From assembly GCA_045632925.1 (NCBI GenBank), contig JAZQXP010000057.1:67447-131446 (forward strand): DNA of 64,000 nt, given 5' to 3'. The DNA comes from Eubacteriales bacterium (GTDB lineage Bacteria > Bacillota > Clostridia > Oscillospirales > CAG-272). Below are positions 27,444 to 36,875 of this stretch, one piece after another. The number at the start of each line of letters is the position of its first letter. Within the stretch, counting starts at the first letter, position 1. The position numbers and the translations under genes are program-made. Below the pieces are notes generated by a model that saw only the letters and a list, made by a program, of their open reading frames with translations, did no database searches and was not told the DNA's origin.

Positions 27444-28307
27444 TTACGCTTTGCCGTTGCATCCGCAAACGAGGATACGCTGCTTGACTGCGTCAACTAC
27501 TGCCGCGCGAGCCGCTGTGCCGTACTTCTTGGGGTCGTAGATCTTTGCGTCGGATGCAAGATTTTCGCGGACTGCCGCGGTGTAAGCCACGCGGAGCTCG
27601 GTTGCAAAATTAACCTTGCAGATGCCCTCCGCGATACAGCTCTTTACAGCCTCGGGGGAGAGACCCGACGCGCCGTGAAGAACGAGCGGGATCGAGCAGT
27701 TGTTCTCCTCAAGCTTCTTGCGGATAGCAATGAGGCGGGGGACATCGAGAACGGGAGTGCCTACGTAGAAGCCGTGTGCGGTGCCGATAGCAACTGCGAG
27801 GGAGGAGATGCCCGTGCGCTTTACAAATTCAGCGGCTGCCTCGGGATCGGTTCCGTTGTCAGCGTCAGCCTCGTGATCGTCCTCCTTGCCGCCGACCTTG
27901 CCAAGCTCAGCCTCGGTGGGAATGCCGAATTTATTTGCAATCACGACAGCCTTTGCGGTAAGCTCAACGTTCTTCTCGAAGGATTCGCCCGAGCCGTCGA
28001 ACATAACGGAGGTGTAGCCTGCCGATGCTGCGGCGTCACAAAGCTCGAGGGAAGAGCCGTGGTCGAGGTGAACGGCAACGGGAACGGTAGCCTTCTCTGC
28101 GAGTGCCTTTGCGATAGCGGCAAAAACCTCGGGAGACGCGTACTTAACTGTCGAGGGTGTTGTTTGAAGAATTACGGGAGCGCGGAGCTCTTCTGCTGCT
28201 TCGATGATGGCGAGAGCCATTTCCATGTTCTCGAAGTTGAATGCGCCGACGGCGTATCCGCCCTTCTGTGCGTTCAGAAGCATTTCTTTTGTGGTTACGT
28301 AGGACAT
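27444..28307 (-). CDS. Class II ketose-bisphosphate aldolase (fructose/tagatose-1,6-bisphosphate aldolase family)
   Basis: YAVGAFNFENMEM..PVILQ..VHLDHG..SVMFDGS..LVLHGASG is the family signature. Confidence 0.9.
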   Translation of the reverse strand: MSYVTTKEMLLNAQKGGYAVGAFNFENMEMALAIIEAAEELRAPVILQTTPSTVKYASPEVFAAIAKALAEKATVPVAVHLDHGSSLELCDAAASAGYTSVMFDGSGESFEKNVELTAKAVVIANKFGIPTEAELGKVGGKEDDHEADADNGTDPEAAAEFVKRTGISSLAVAIGTAHGFYVGTPVLDVPRLIAIRKKLEENNCSIPLVLHGASGLSPEAVKSCIAEGICKVNFATELRVAYTAAVRENLASDAKIYDPKKYGTAARAAVVDAVKQRILVCGCNGKA

Positions 28308-28319
28308 TTTTCTACCTCT

Positions 28320-29477
28320 TTATCTTTTGATTTTTACAAGTCTTTGTATTCCCGAGGAAAGGAGGGACGCGAATTCGTCGATCTCCTCACGGGTGTTATC
28401 TTTGCAGAGGCTCACGCGGATCGTGCAATCGGCTTCCGAATCGGAGAGACCGAAGGCGACGAGAGCCGAGCTTACGTGACGGTTTTTGGCGTTTGACGAG
28501 CAAGCCGAGCCGCTCGAAACGCAAACTCCGCCCGCCGAGAGCAGATTGAGCATAGTCTGGCTCTTGATCCGGGGGAGGGTGATGCTTAAAATATGGGGAG
28601 CGCGGACGGGAGGGATATTGACTTTTGCCCCCGCCTCTTCGATCTTGCCGATCGCGTAGGTCGAAAGATCGTGCAGATGCTCGTAATTCCGTTCCATTTG
28701 GGGCTTCATGATTTCTGCGGCTTTGGCGAAGCCTACCGCACCCGCGAGATTTTCGGTTCCCGAGCGCAGACCATCCTCTTGACCGCCGCCGAAGATGACG
28801 GGGCAGAGGGCGCGCTTTTTGATCAGATCGCGGCGCAGAAGCAGAGCTCCGACACCCGCAGGACCGTGGATCTTATGCGCGCTGACGCTGATGAGATCGA
28901 TCTTTGCTGTATTCGGAAGCGGAATACGCATAAATCCCTGAACCGTATCGCAATGGATAATCGCCGAGGGACAAGCCTTTTTGATAATCTCGGCGGCACT
29001 CGCGATATCGTAGATCGCGCCCGTTTCGTTGTTGACGAGCATAAAGGACGCGACGCAAATGCCTTTTTTAGCCTCGCGTTCGATAGCATCGAGGTCAAGA
29101 GATCCTCCCTTGGTCGGGATGTTTACAAGCTCAAAGCCGCGTGAGACGAGAGCTTCGGCGGTGTTTGAGACCGAAGCGTGCTCGGAATCCGTGATAAGTA
29201 TGCGTTTCGAGTCGAGATGACGCCGCTCGTGCGCCGTTCCGAGAAGCGCGAGATTGTTCGCCTCGCTTCCCGAGCCGCAAAAGACCGCCTGCCATTCGGT
29301 GGATTTGAGTCCCGCCGAGGAGATCAGAGAGCTTCTTGCGCCCTCGAGACGCTTTTTTGCCGCAAGACCCGCGGAGTGGAGAGACGACGGATTTCCGACG
29401 TTATCCCAGACCTCGAGCATTGCCTCGCGTACCTCGGGAGCGAGACGGGTCGTCGCGCTGTTGTCAAGATATATCAT
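28320..29477 (-). CDS. Cysteine desulfurase (NifS/IscS class V aminotransferase)
   Basis: IYLDNSATT..FCGSGSEANN..SAHKIHGPAGVGAL (PLP lysine)..SSGSACSS (active-site Cys loop). Confidence 0.9.
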   Translation of the reverse strand: MIYLDNSATTRLAPEVREAMLEVWDNVGNPSSLHSAGLAAKKRLEGARSSLISSAGLKSTEWQAVFCGSGSEANNLALLGTAHERRHLDSKRILITDSEHASVSNTAEALVSRGFELVNIPTKGGSLDLDAIEREAKKGICVASFMLVNNETGAIYDIASAAEIIKKACPSAIIHCDTVQGFMRIPLPNTAKIDLISVSAHKIHGPAGVGALLLRRDLIKKRALCPVIFGGGQEDGLRSGTENLAGAVGFAKAAEIMKPQMERNYEHLHDLSTYAIGKIEEAGAKVNIPPVRAPHILSITLPRIKSQTMLNLLSAGGVCVSSGSACSSNAKNRHVSSALVAFGLSDSEADCTIRVSLCKDNTREEIDEFASLLSSGIQRLVKIKR

Positions 29478-29479
29478 AA

Positions 29480-30037
29480 TTATTTAAATTTTACGTAGGA
29501 GATGATCTGATCAACGTCCGCGAGATGCTTATCGTAATTTTCCGCGAGCGAGGTGTATGTGAAGATATAGAAGAAATCATCCTTCATCGTTACAGCCTGC
29601 TTGTACTTGTAGTTATCCTCGCCGAGGGCGCACTCATATTCGAAAATGAGAGTTTCTCTGCCGTCGATCGTGGGAGGAGCGATCTCCATACCGTTTTCAT
29701 CGAGCTTCGGCTCGGAGGTGAATTCCTTGAACGCGGGAAGAACAGAAGCGAATTCCTTGAGCGCGGCTTCCTTGTAGGTCTCGAGAGTGTCGGTTACGCC
29801 GGGCTCGATGACCATGCAGGTGAAGGAGACGTTCGAGTAGTCGTCGGAGGAATAATAAGCCGATGCCGTGCCGCTCGGTGTGTTGTCTACCCAGGTCGTG
29901 GGAACGTAGAAGCAGAAGGATTCGTTGTCGGTTGCCACGTTCTTGTATCCGTCGGGCGCGCCTTCATTCGAGCATCCCGTAAGGACGAGAATGAGGGAGA
30001 AGAGGAGTGCTATGAGGGAAATCAGCGATTTTTTCAT
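29480..30037 (-). CDS. Lipoprotein of unknown function
   Basis: The signal peptide carries the lipobox LTGC. 185 aa. The start overlaps the upstream stop. Confidence 0.7.
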   Translation of the reverse strand: MKKSLISLIALLFSLILVLTGCSNEGAPDGYKNVATDNESFCFYVPTTWVDNTPSGTASAYYSSDDYSNVSFTCMVIEPGVTDTLETYKEAALKEFASVLPAFKEFTSEPKLDENGMEIAPPTIDGRETLIFEYECALGEDNYKYKQAVTMKDDFFYIFTYTSLAENYDKHLADVDQIISYVKFK

Positions 30038-31293
30038 TTTTCTTTATCCTTTATAAAGTTTGCAACTGCGTCTGCCGCAGTGAGAATTCCGATCTTGCCG
30101 CTTTCGTAGGTGAGACCGCCCTGGAAATAGACGGTGTAGGGAGGACGGATGGGACCGTCCGCGGAAAGCTCAACGGACGAGCCCTGAATGAATGCGCCCG
30201 CAGCCATAATTACGGGATCCGAGTAACCGGGCATATCCCAGGGCTCGGGAGTTACGAAGGAATCAACGGGCGAGCCCGCCTGAATACCTCTGCAGAACGC
30301 GCAGAGGATGTCGGGATCGTGCGTTATGACGGTCTGGATGATGTCGTAACGCGTTTCATTCCAGGAGGGATAGGTGTCGTAGCCCATCTTCTCGAATATG
30401 TAAGCCGCGAGGTGTGCGGTTTTTATAGCCGCGGCTGTGGTATGGGGAGCGTAGAAGAGGCCCTGGAACATCGTTCTGTTCTGACCGAGGGTCGCGCCGA
30501 CCTCGCCGCCCGTGCCGACTGTGGTGAGACGGTAGGATGCAAGCTCAACTGCGCGCTCGCTTCCCGCGATGTAACCGCCCGTCAGAGCCATTCCGCCTCC
30601 GGGGTTCTTGATGAGCGAGCCGACGAGCATATCGGCGCGGGGCTCGTATTCGGCGGTGAATTCGCCGTAGCAGTTGTCAACGACAACGTAAACGCCGCCT
30701 CGGATCGCGTGGACCGCATCGGTGACCGCGCTTATCTCGTCGGGCGAGAGAGTGCGGCGGTTGAGGTAACCCTTGGAACGCTGAATGAAGACGACCTTTA
30801 CGCTTTCGTCGTTCTGCACACGCTCTACAATGGCGGGAATATCGAGTCCGCCCTCGGCGGTCATTTCGATCTGCGCGTAGTTTACGCCGAAATCGGCGAG
30901 AGAACCGTCGCCCGTCTTGCCCGAGATTCCGATAACGCCGTCAAGGGTGTCGTAGGGTTTTCCCGCAACCGAAAGAAGAGTATCATTCGGACGGAGAAGT
31001 CCGAAGAGAGCGGTCGAGAGGGCGTGAGTTCCGTTTACAAAATTGTGGCGAACGAGTGCCGCCTCTGTGCCGAAAACACGGCTCCATACGCGGTCAAGGA
31101 CCTCGCGTCCGCGGTCATCGTAGCCGTAGCCAGTGGTCGAGCCGAAGCACGCGTCGCTGACTCGCTCCTCACGGAAGGCGTCAAGCACGCGGCAGGTGCC
31201 GATATAGGAAACGCGGTCGATCTCGGCAAAGATCGGAGCCAGCGCCGCCTCCGCCTCACGGGCGAGGGCAAGTGTTTTATCCGAAAAAGTCAT
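30034..31293 (-). CDS. YnbB-like PLP-dependent enzyme (methionine gamma-lyase family / 'aluminium resistance' protein)
   Basis: RVSDACFGSTTGYGYDDRGREVLDRVW..VNGTHAL..SLIKNPGGG is typical of the YnbB family. Confidence 0.8.
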   Translation of the reverse strand: MTFSDKTLALAREAEAALAPIFAEIDRVSYIGTCRVLDAFREERVSDACFGSTTGYGYDDRGREVLDRVWSRVFGTEAALVRHNFVNGTHALSTALFGLLRPNDTLLSVAGKPYDTLDGVIGISGKTGDGSLADFGVNYAQIEMTAEGGLDIPAIVERVQNDESVKVVFIQRSKGYLNRRTLSPDEISAVTDAVHAIRGGVYVVVDNCYGEFTAEYEPRADMLVGSLIKNPGGGMALTGGYIAGSERAVELASYRLTTVGTGGEVGATLGQNRTMFQGLFYAPHTTAAAIKTAHLAAYIFEKMGYDTYPSWNETRYDIIQTVITHDPDILCAFCRGIQAGSPVDSFVTPEPWDMPGYSDPVIMAAGAFIQGSSVELSADGPIRPPYTVYFQGGLTYESGKIGILTAADAVANFIKDKEK

Positions 31294-31305
31294 TTTGTAC
31301 CTTTA

Positions 31306-32067
31306 TTATTTGCTGATTTTTTGGTAGAAGCGTTCGAGATGATCGCTTCCGTCGCTCGAAATGAATTCGACCGTGCCGATCTTACGAGCCAAAGAATTAA
31401 GGGAAAGCTCCTCGAGCAGGTGCTTTGTGTGGCGGGCGGTGCCGTCCGAGCCATCGAAGACGCTGACGTGCTCACCCGCGGCGCGCTTGATCTCGTCAAG
31501 CACGAGAGGATAGTGTGTACAGCCGAGGACAATGCCGTCAAAGCCCTCCTCGCGGTAGGGCGCGAAAACGGAGCGGAGATATTCCTCGATATCCTCGGAG
31601 GATCTGCCGCTTTCGACCATGAAGGCGAGCTCATGGCATGGAACGCCGATAAATTCGCAGTTGTCCTTTGAATTTGCGCGCAAAAGCGCGGCAAAGCGGC
31701 TTTCGCTGACGGTAACGGGTGTCGCGAGGACGAGCACTCGTCGGCATCCCGAGACCCTTGCGGGCTTTACAGCGGGCTCGATGCCGATTATTGGCAGACC
31801 CTCGTAAGCCGCGCGCAGAGGCTCGATGGCTACCGCCGTTGCCGTATTGCAGGCGACTACTATTGCCTTTGCACCGCGCGAGAGAAGTACGTTTACGATC
31901 CCCTTTGAGATATCAAGGATCTCTTCGTGCGTCTTTGCACCGTAGGGAGCGTTTGCGCGGTCGCCGTAATATATGAAGTCCTCGTTCGGGAGAAGTCGGC
32001 GTAGCTCGCGAAGGAGCGAAAGTCCGCCGACTCCCGAATCGAAAACCCCGATTGGGGATGCGTTCAT
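31306..32067 (-). CDS. murI: Glutamate racemase
   Basis: IGVFDSGVGGLS..VVACNTA..GCTHYPL. The start at 32067 forms an ATGA overlap with the upstream stop. Confidence 0.92.
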   Translation of the reverse strand: MNASPIGVFDSGVGGLSLLRELRRLLPNEDFIYYGDRANAPYGAKTHEEILDISKGIVNVLLSRGAKAIVVACNTATAVAIEPLRAAYEGLPIIGIEPAVKPARVSGCRRVLVLATPVTVSESRFAALLRANSKDNCEFIGVPCHELAFMVESGRSSEDIEEYLRSVFAPYREEGFDGIVLGCTHYPLVLDEIKRAAGEHVSVFDGSDGTARHTKHLLEELSLNSLARKIGTVEFISSDGSDHLERFYQKISK

Positions 32068-33074
32068 CAGAGTGTGGGATCGAGTGCGAATGCGGTTGCA
32101 AGCTCTGTGCAAGCCTTGACGTCGCGGAGGTCGATCATTTCAACGCCCGAATGGATATAGCGGCTGGGGATCGAGATGCATCCCGCGTATGCGCCGACGC
32201 CCGCGCCCTGGAGCACGCTTGTGTCGGTTCCGCCGTAGAGAAGAATCTCGTTCTGCGCGGTAATCTTCTTTTCCTTTGAGAGCTTCTGAAGCTTGGAAAC
32301 TACCTCTCCGGAGCAGATGACCGAGCCGTCCTTGATCTTGATAGCCGCGCCGCCGCCGAGCTTTACTGCCATAGGCTTCGAGCCCTGAGCGTCGCCGGTA
32401 CCGGTAACGTCAAATGCGATCGCGATGTCGGGAGCGATCGAGAAGCCTGCGGGACGTGCGCCGCGGCATCCGACCTCTTCCTGAACCGAGAAGACGTAGT
32501 ACATATCGTGAGGGCAGTTTCCTGCGAGAGCCTTTGCGGTCTCGATCATGATAGCACAGCCGATGCGGTCGTCGATGGGACGACCTACAGCGCGGTTCGC
32601 GCCGAGCTTCGAGAGATTGTGAGCGAGGGAGAAGCAATCGCCGATCTTTACTTTGCGGGATGCTTCCTTCGCAGAGGTTGCGCCGATATCAACAACGCAC
32701 TTGTCAGCCGTGATGGCATCACCCTTGGTACCTGCCTCGGGAACGAGGATGCCCTTTTCGCCGTTTGCGAAAACAACGTGGCTGAATGCGGCGGCGACGA
32801 AATTGATGCCTCCGATGGGAGCAAAGCGGATGAAGCCGTTCTCTTCAATGAAGGTCACGATAAATCCGATCTCGTCCATATGAGCGCAGTAAAGGAGCTT
32901 CTTGCGCTCGCCGTCGGGAAGGCTACCATACTTGATTGCGATAAGGTTGCCGAGAGCGTCGGTATAGGTCTCGTCTACGTAGGGAGCAACCTCCTTCTCA
33001 AGAAGAGCCGCGATCTGCTTTTCATTGCCCGAAACGCCGGGGCAGCAAACAACTTTTTTAATAAGAGAATACAT
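32067..33074 (-). CDS. M42 family metallo-aminopeptidase (paralog 3)
   Basis: PGVSGNE..AHMDEIGF..DDRIGC..VQEEVG..IPSRYIHS are the M42/FrvX motifs. Confidence 0.9.
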   Translation of the reverse strand: MYSLIKKVVCCPGVSGNEKQIAALLEKEVAPYVDETYTDALGNLIAIKYGSLPDGERKKLLYCAHMDEIGFIVTFIEENGFIRFAPIGGINFVAAAFSHVVFANGEKGILVPEAGTKGDAITADKCVVDIGATSAKEASRKVKIGDCFSLAHNLSKLGANRAVGRPIDDRIGCAIMIETAKALAGNCPHDMYYVFSVQEEVGCRGARPAGFSIAPDIAIAFDVTGTGDAQGSKPMAVKLGGGAAIKIKDGSVICSGEVVSKLQKLSKEKKITAQNEILLYGGTDTSVLQGAGVGAYAGCISIPSRYIHSGVEMIDLRDVKACTELATAFALDPTL

Positions 33075-33091
33075 TTATTTTTCCTCCGAGA

Positions 33092-34162
33092 TCAACTAAA
33101 TTTATAAGATGTGAGAATTGCGTAAACGTGGGACTTGATAGATTCAAAGTCACGGAGCGCGATTACGCAGGAAGCAGAGTGGAGATAGCGTGTGGGAGCG
33201 GAAATTGCAAGACAGCGTGTGCCGTCCGCGGTCTTATGGATATGGCCCGCATCGTTGCCGCCCGAGACGTAACGCTTGATCTGCGCGGGGATTCCGTTTT
33301 CCTCGGCGATCTTCATCGCGCCGTCAACAAAATCGCGGTTGTAGATGGTGGAGCGGTCCATAAGGGAAACGACTCCGCCGTTACCGACCTCGCTGACTCT
33401 CGAGTTCTTGGGAACGTCGGGAAGGTCCGCGATCGCGGTGGTCTCAAGTACGATCGCGTAATCGGGACGGAAGCGGTGAGCCGCCGCAGTCGCACCCGAG
33501 ATACCGATCTCCTCGCGTACCGTGAATGCGCAAACGAGGTCGAAGGGAAGCTCGATGCCTTCCTTCTTGATGCGGCGCAGGGTCTCGATCATAACGACGC
33601 ATCCGAGACGGTCGTCAAGAGCCTTGCACTTTGCGTAAGCATCGTTCTCGCCGAAGATGACGAACTCGCTGTCAAAGGTTCCGCTGTCGCCGCGGGAAAG
33701 AACGCTTTCGGCATCCTCACGTGAGGTCGCGCCGATATCAACGTACATATCGTTTGCCTTTGTCGCGTTCTTGCGCTCCTCGGCGGACTGATGGTGGATC
33801 GCCTTCGATGCGATAACGCCGCTGACGTCGCCGTCCTTGCCGCGGAAGGTGACCTTTCTGCCGCAGAGGACTCTGGAATCGATACCGCCGAGGCATCCGA
33901 AGCGGATGTAGCCCTCGCCGTCGATGTCCTTGATGATAAATCCGACCTCATCCATATGCGCCGAGAGCATGACCGTCTTTTCGGGGCGGTTCTTGCCGTG
34001 GAGAACGGCAAATACGTTGCTCATTCTGTCGCGGATGATCTGCGCGTCGGTGTTCTCAAGCTGTTTTACGATCTCGTCCGCAACTGCCTCCTCCGAGCCC
34101 GTAGGGCCGAAGACAAGGGAAAGATGCTTTAATAATTCAATACCATAAAGGAGCTCACTCAT
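33092..34162 (-). CDS. M42 family metallo-aminopeptidase (paralog 2)
   Basis: GPTGSEE..AHMDEVGF..DDRLGC..VREEIG..APTRYLHS. Confidence 0.9.
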   Translation of the reverse strand: MSELLYGIELLKHLSLVFGPTGSEEAVADEIVKQLENTDAQIIRDRMSNVFAVLHGKNRPEKTVMLSAHMDEVGFIIKDIDGEGYIRFGCLGGIDSRVLCGRKVTFRGKDGDVSGVIASKAIHHQSAEERKNATKANDMYVDIGATSREDAESVLSRGDSGTFDSEFVIFGENDAYAKCKALDDRLGCVVMIETLRRIKKEGIELPFDLVCAFTVREEIGISGATAAAHRFRPDYAIVLETTAIADLPDVPKNSRVSEVGNGGVVSLMDRSTIYNRDFVDGAMKIAEENGIPAQIKRYVSGGNDAGHIHKTADGTRCLAISAPTRYLHSASCVIALRDFESIKSHVYAILTSYKFS

Positions 34163-35225
34163 TGGGGCATACCTCCTTTTCGATCTCAGGGCTTGTTACG
34201 AAGAGAGTGATAAGATCGCGCATTGCTGCCGCGTCGTTCATTGAAATAACCTCGTTTGAGGTGTGCATACTGCGCAGGGGAAGTCCGATGTCAACGGTGG
34301 GAATACCGTTTCGGACGAGGTTGACGACCATTGTGTTGGTGCCTGTTCCGCCCGCGGTGACCGACATCTGATGCTTGATCTCCTTTTCGTCCGCGAGCTT
34401 GCGAAGGAGTGCGGTCAGTCTCTTATCGGTGATGGGACCTGTGGAGATAGAGGGTCCGCCGTCAAGCGGTACGGTCTCGCTTTTCTTTGTATCGGGAGTG
34501 CTTCCGAGGTCAACGTCGGCAACGATCGCACAGATGGGATTTATCTCGTATGCGCCGGTTGCAGCACCGGTCATAAATCCGCCCGCTTCCTCGAAATTCG
34601 AGAGCTGAACGTAAACGTCACCCCAAAGCTCGTCCGCGGGGATCTCGGCTACAGCCGCGATGGCGCAAGCCGCGCAAGCCTTGTCGTCAAAGCCCTTGCC
34701 CGCGATCTTGTTGTTGCGGAGCTTGGTATAAACCGGACGGAAGCCGATGGGCGTACCGATCGATACGTACTTTTCGAGCTCTTCCTTAGAGTAGCCCGTG
34801 TCGATGAGAAGCTCGGTAATCTCGCGGAGCTTGCCCGACTCGCCCGGCTTCTGGAGGTGGGGAGGAGTGGAGCCTACGACGCCGTAGATCTCGCGTCCCT
34901 CACCGTATATGATGACCTCGCTTGCCTGAAGAATTCGGGTGTCCATACCGCCGATCGAGGTGACGGTAAGGAAGCCGCCCTCCTTGATCTCGGTTACGAT
35001 CATTCCGATCTCGTCAAAGTGAGCATCAACGAGGATCCTTTGTGCATTTTCCTTTCCGCAGCGGCGGATGAGGTGATAACAGCCGAGGCGCGTTTCGCGT
35101 ATCTCGTCAAAATAGGGTGATACGATCTCGTAAAGCTTATTCTTCGAGTATCTCGTATGGCCCGTGACCGACATCAGGGATGCCAGCGACAGAGTAAGCT
35201 CTGTCAGGTCAATCTTGTGTTCCAT
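34155..35225 (-). CDS. M42 family metallo-aminopeptidase (paralog 1, divergent)
   Basis: AHFDEIGM..FDDKACAA..NFEEAG..PLRSMHT is a degenerate version of the same motifs. Confidence 0.85.
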   Translation of the reverse strand: MEHKIDLTELTLSLASLMSVTGHTRYSKNKLYEIVSPYFDEIRETRLGCYHLIRRCGKENAQRILVDAHFDEIGMIVTEIKEGGFLTVTSIGGMDTRILQASEVIIYGEGREIYGVVGSTPPHLQKPGESGKLREITELLIDTGYSKEELEKYVSIGTPIGFRPVYTKLRNNKIAGKGFDDKACAACAIAAVAEIPADELWGDVYVQLSNFEEAGGFMTGAATGAYEINPICAIVADVDLGSTPDTKKSETVPLDGGPSISTGPITDKRLTALLRKLADEKEIKHQMSVTAGGTGTNTMVVNLVRNGIPTVDIGLPLRSMHTSNEVISMNDAAAMRDLITLFVTSPEIEKEVCPNE

Positions 35226-35248
35226 ATTTTTTCTTCCTTTCGGATTGA

Positions 35249-36673
35249 TTACAGATTTTTTACGATAGTTTTGAAGACCTCGCCGCGTTCGGCAAAGTTC
35301 TTGAATTTATCGAATGAGGTTGCCGCGGGGGAGAGCAGGACTGCGCTTCCCGAGGGTGTGATGCTTTCGGCAAGCTTTACGCAGGCTTCAAAATCCTCCT
35401 CACGGAAAATTCGGAGCTTGGAATCGGGATGATCTGATTTTGCAGTCTCGAGAGCCTCACTTACCTCGTCCGCGGTCTCGCCCGTGACGATAACGGCACC
35501 TGCCCGGATGTAAAGCTCGTGCGCAAGCTCGATGTAGGGCGTCTTCTTTCCGCGACCGCCGACGATGAGGGTCGGCTTGTTCGAGAAGGTCGAGAGAGCC
35601 GCGATGGTGCGAGTGGGACTCGAGTCGATCGAGCTGTTGTAATACTTGACACCGTCCTTCTCACGGACGAGCTCAAGACGGTGTGCGACGCCTCCGAAGG
35701 TCTTTGCGACTCGAACTACGGCGTTCTTTTCGGCAATTCCGTAGGTCAGGGCGGTCGCGGTCATATAGTTTTCAATATTGTGAACGCCGGGGATCTTGAT
35801 GTCGGATGCGAGGAGAAGGACTTCTTCGTTTACACCGTCCGAGAGGATGATCTCGCCGTCGCGGAGGAAAATTCCCTTTGCTCCGCAGGCATCGAGAGCG
35901 GCGTATGAGTCTCTGTATGCCGAGAAGAGGATCTTCGGCGTATCGGTATTCGATGCGAGAGTACGGCAATATCCGTCGGTCGCGTTGAGAACGAGGCGAG
36001 CGGTGTTTTTACCGCAGACCTTGTGTTTTGCCTCGGCATATTCATTCATATCGATATGCCAGTTGAGGTGGTTGGGAGTGATATTCGTGATCGCGGCGTT
36101 TGTCGCACGCGAATCCATCGTCATAAGCTGGAAGCTCGAAAGCTCAAGCACGCAGACGTCGTTCTCGCCGATCTCGTCAAGGAGAGGGAAGAGGGGAGTT
36201 CCGATATTGCCGCCGAGGTATACCTTTCCGCCCTTGTAGCCCTCTTTAAGAATGAGGCTAGTGAGCGTTGAGGTGGTCGTCTTGCCGTCGCTTCCCGTGA
36301 TCGCGATTATGCGCGCGGGAGTGTGCTCGCAGAAGAATTCTACCTCGGAGGTCAGTATCGCGCCCGATTCGACGGCGGGAGTCAGATCGCCCGCGTCGGG
36401 TCTGATACCCGGGGAGCGGAAGATTACGGCACGGCTCGTGTCGCAGGTAAAATTCTTTGTCGGTTCGATTCCGCATTCGAATCTTACACCCGCATCGGCA
36501 AGCTCGCGTGCGGCGTCGCCGAGATCGTCGAAGGACTTCATATCGCGCACGGTGACAGACTTGCCGAGCCCCGCGCGTACAAATTCGCGTGCAACGGGTA
36601 TGTTCGATACGCCGAATCCGAGCAGAATTATATTTTTATCCGAAAACTTTGCGCAAAGCAGATCGTGTAACAT
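35249..36673 (-). CDS. murD: UDP-N-acetylmuramoyl-L-alanine--D-glutamate ligase
   Basis: ITGSDGKTTT (P-loop), and HRLE..YYNSSIDSSPTRT in the C-terminal domain. The start at 36673 follows AAGGGTGA. Confidence 0.92.
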   Translation of the reverse strand: MLHDLLCAKFSDKNIILLGFGVSNIPVAREFVRAGLGKSVTVRDMKSFDDLGDAARELADAGVRFECGIEPTKNFTCDTSRAVIFRSPGIRPDAGDLTPAVESGAILTSEVEFFCEHTPARIIAITGSDGKTTTSTLTSLILKEGYKGGKVYLGGNIGTPLFPLLDEIGENDVCVLELSSFQLMTMDSRATNAAITNITPNHLNWHIDMNEYAEAKHKVCGKNTARLVLNATDGYCRTLASNTDTPKILFSAYRDSYAALDACGAKGIFLRDGEIILSDGVNEEVLLLASDIKIPGVHNIENYMTATALTYGIAEKNAVVRVAKTFGGVAHRLELVREKDGVKYYNSSIDSSPTRTIAALSTFSNKPTLIVGGRGKKTPYIELAHELYIRAGAVIVTGETADEVSEALETAKSDHPDSKLRIFREEDFEACVKLAESITPSGSAVLLSPAATSFDKFKNFAERGEVFKTIVKNL

Positions 36674-36804
36674 ATACTTCACCCTTATATAAATAAAATC
36701 ATTCAATCTATATTATATAATATAATTGCGAAATGTGCAACACTTTTGAGCAAAAAAGATGAAAATTTAACAAAATAATTACAGCTTCAATTTGCGATTT
36801 TCTC

Positions 36805-36833
36805 TTGACACGGAACAAATGTTCTGATATAAT
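36805..36833 (+). promoter_or_regulatory. dinB promoter
   Basis: TTGACA, a 17-nt spacer, then TATAAT with TG at -15/-14. Confidence 0.8.
36813..36824. promoter_or_regulatory. LexA (Cheo/SOS) box 1
   Basis: GAACAAATGTTC has a perfect GAAC-N4-GTTC core and sits inside the promoter spacer. Confidence 0.85.
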
Positions 36834-36839
36834 ATAAAA

Positions 36840-36851
36840 GAACAAATGTTC
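36840..36851. promoter_or_regulatory. LexA (Cheo/SOS) box 2
   Basis: An identical GAACAAATGTTC lies just downstream of the -10 element. Confidence 0.85.
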
Positions 36852-36875
36852 TTGCGTAAGAGAAAGGCGGATAAA

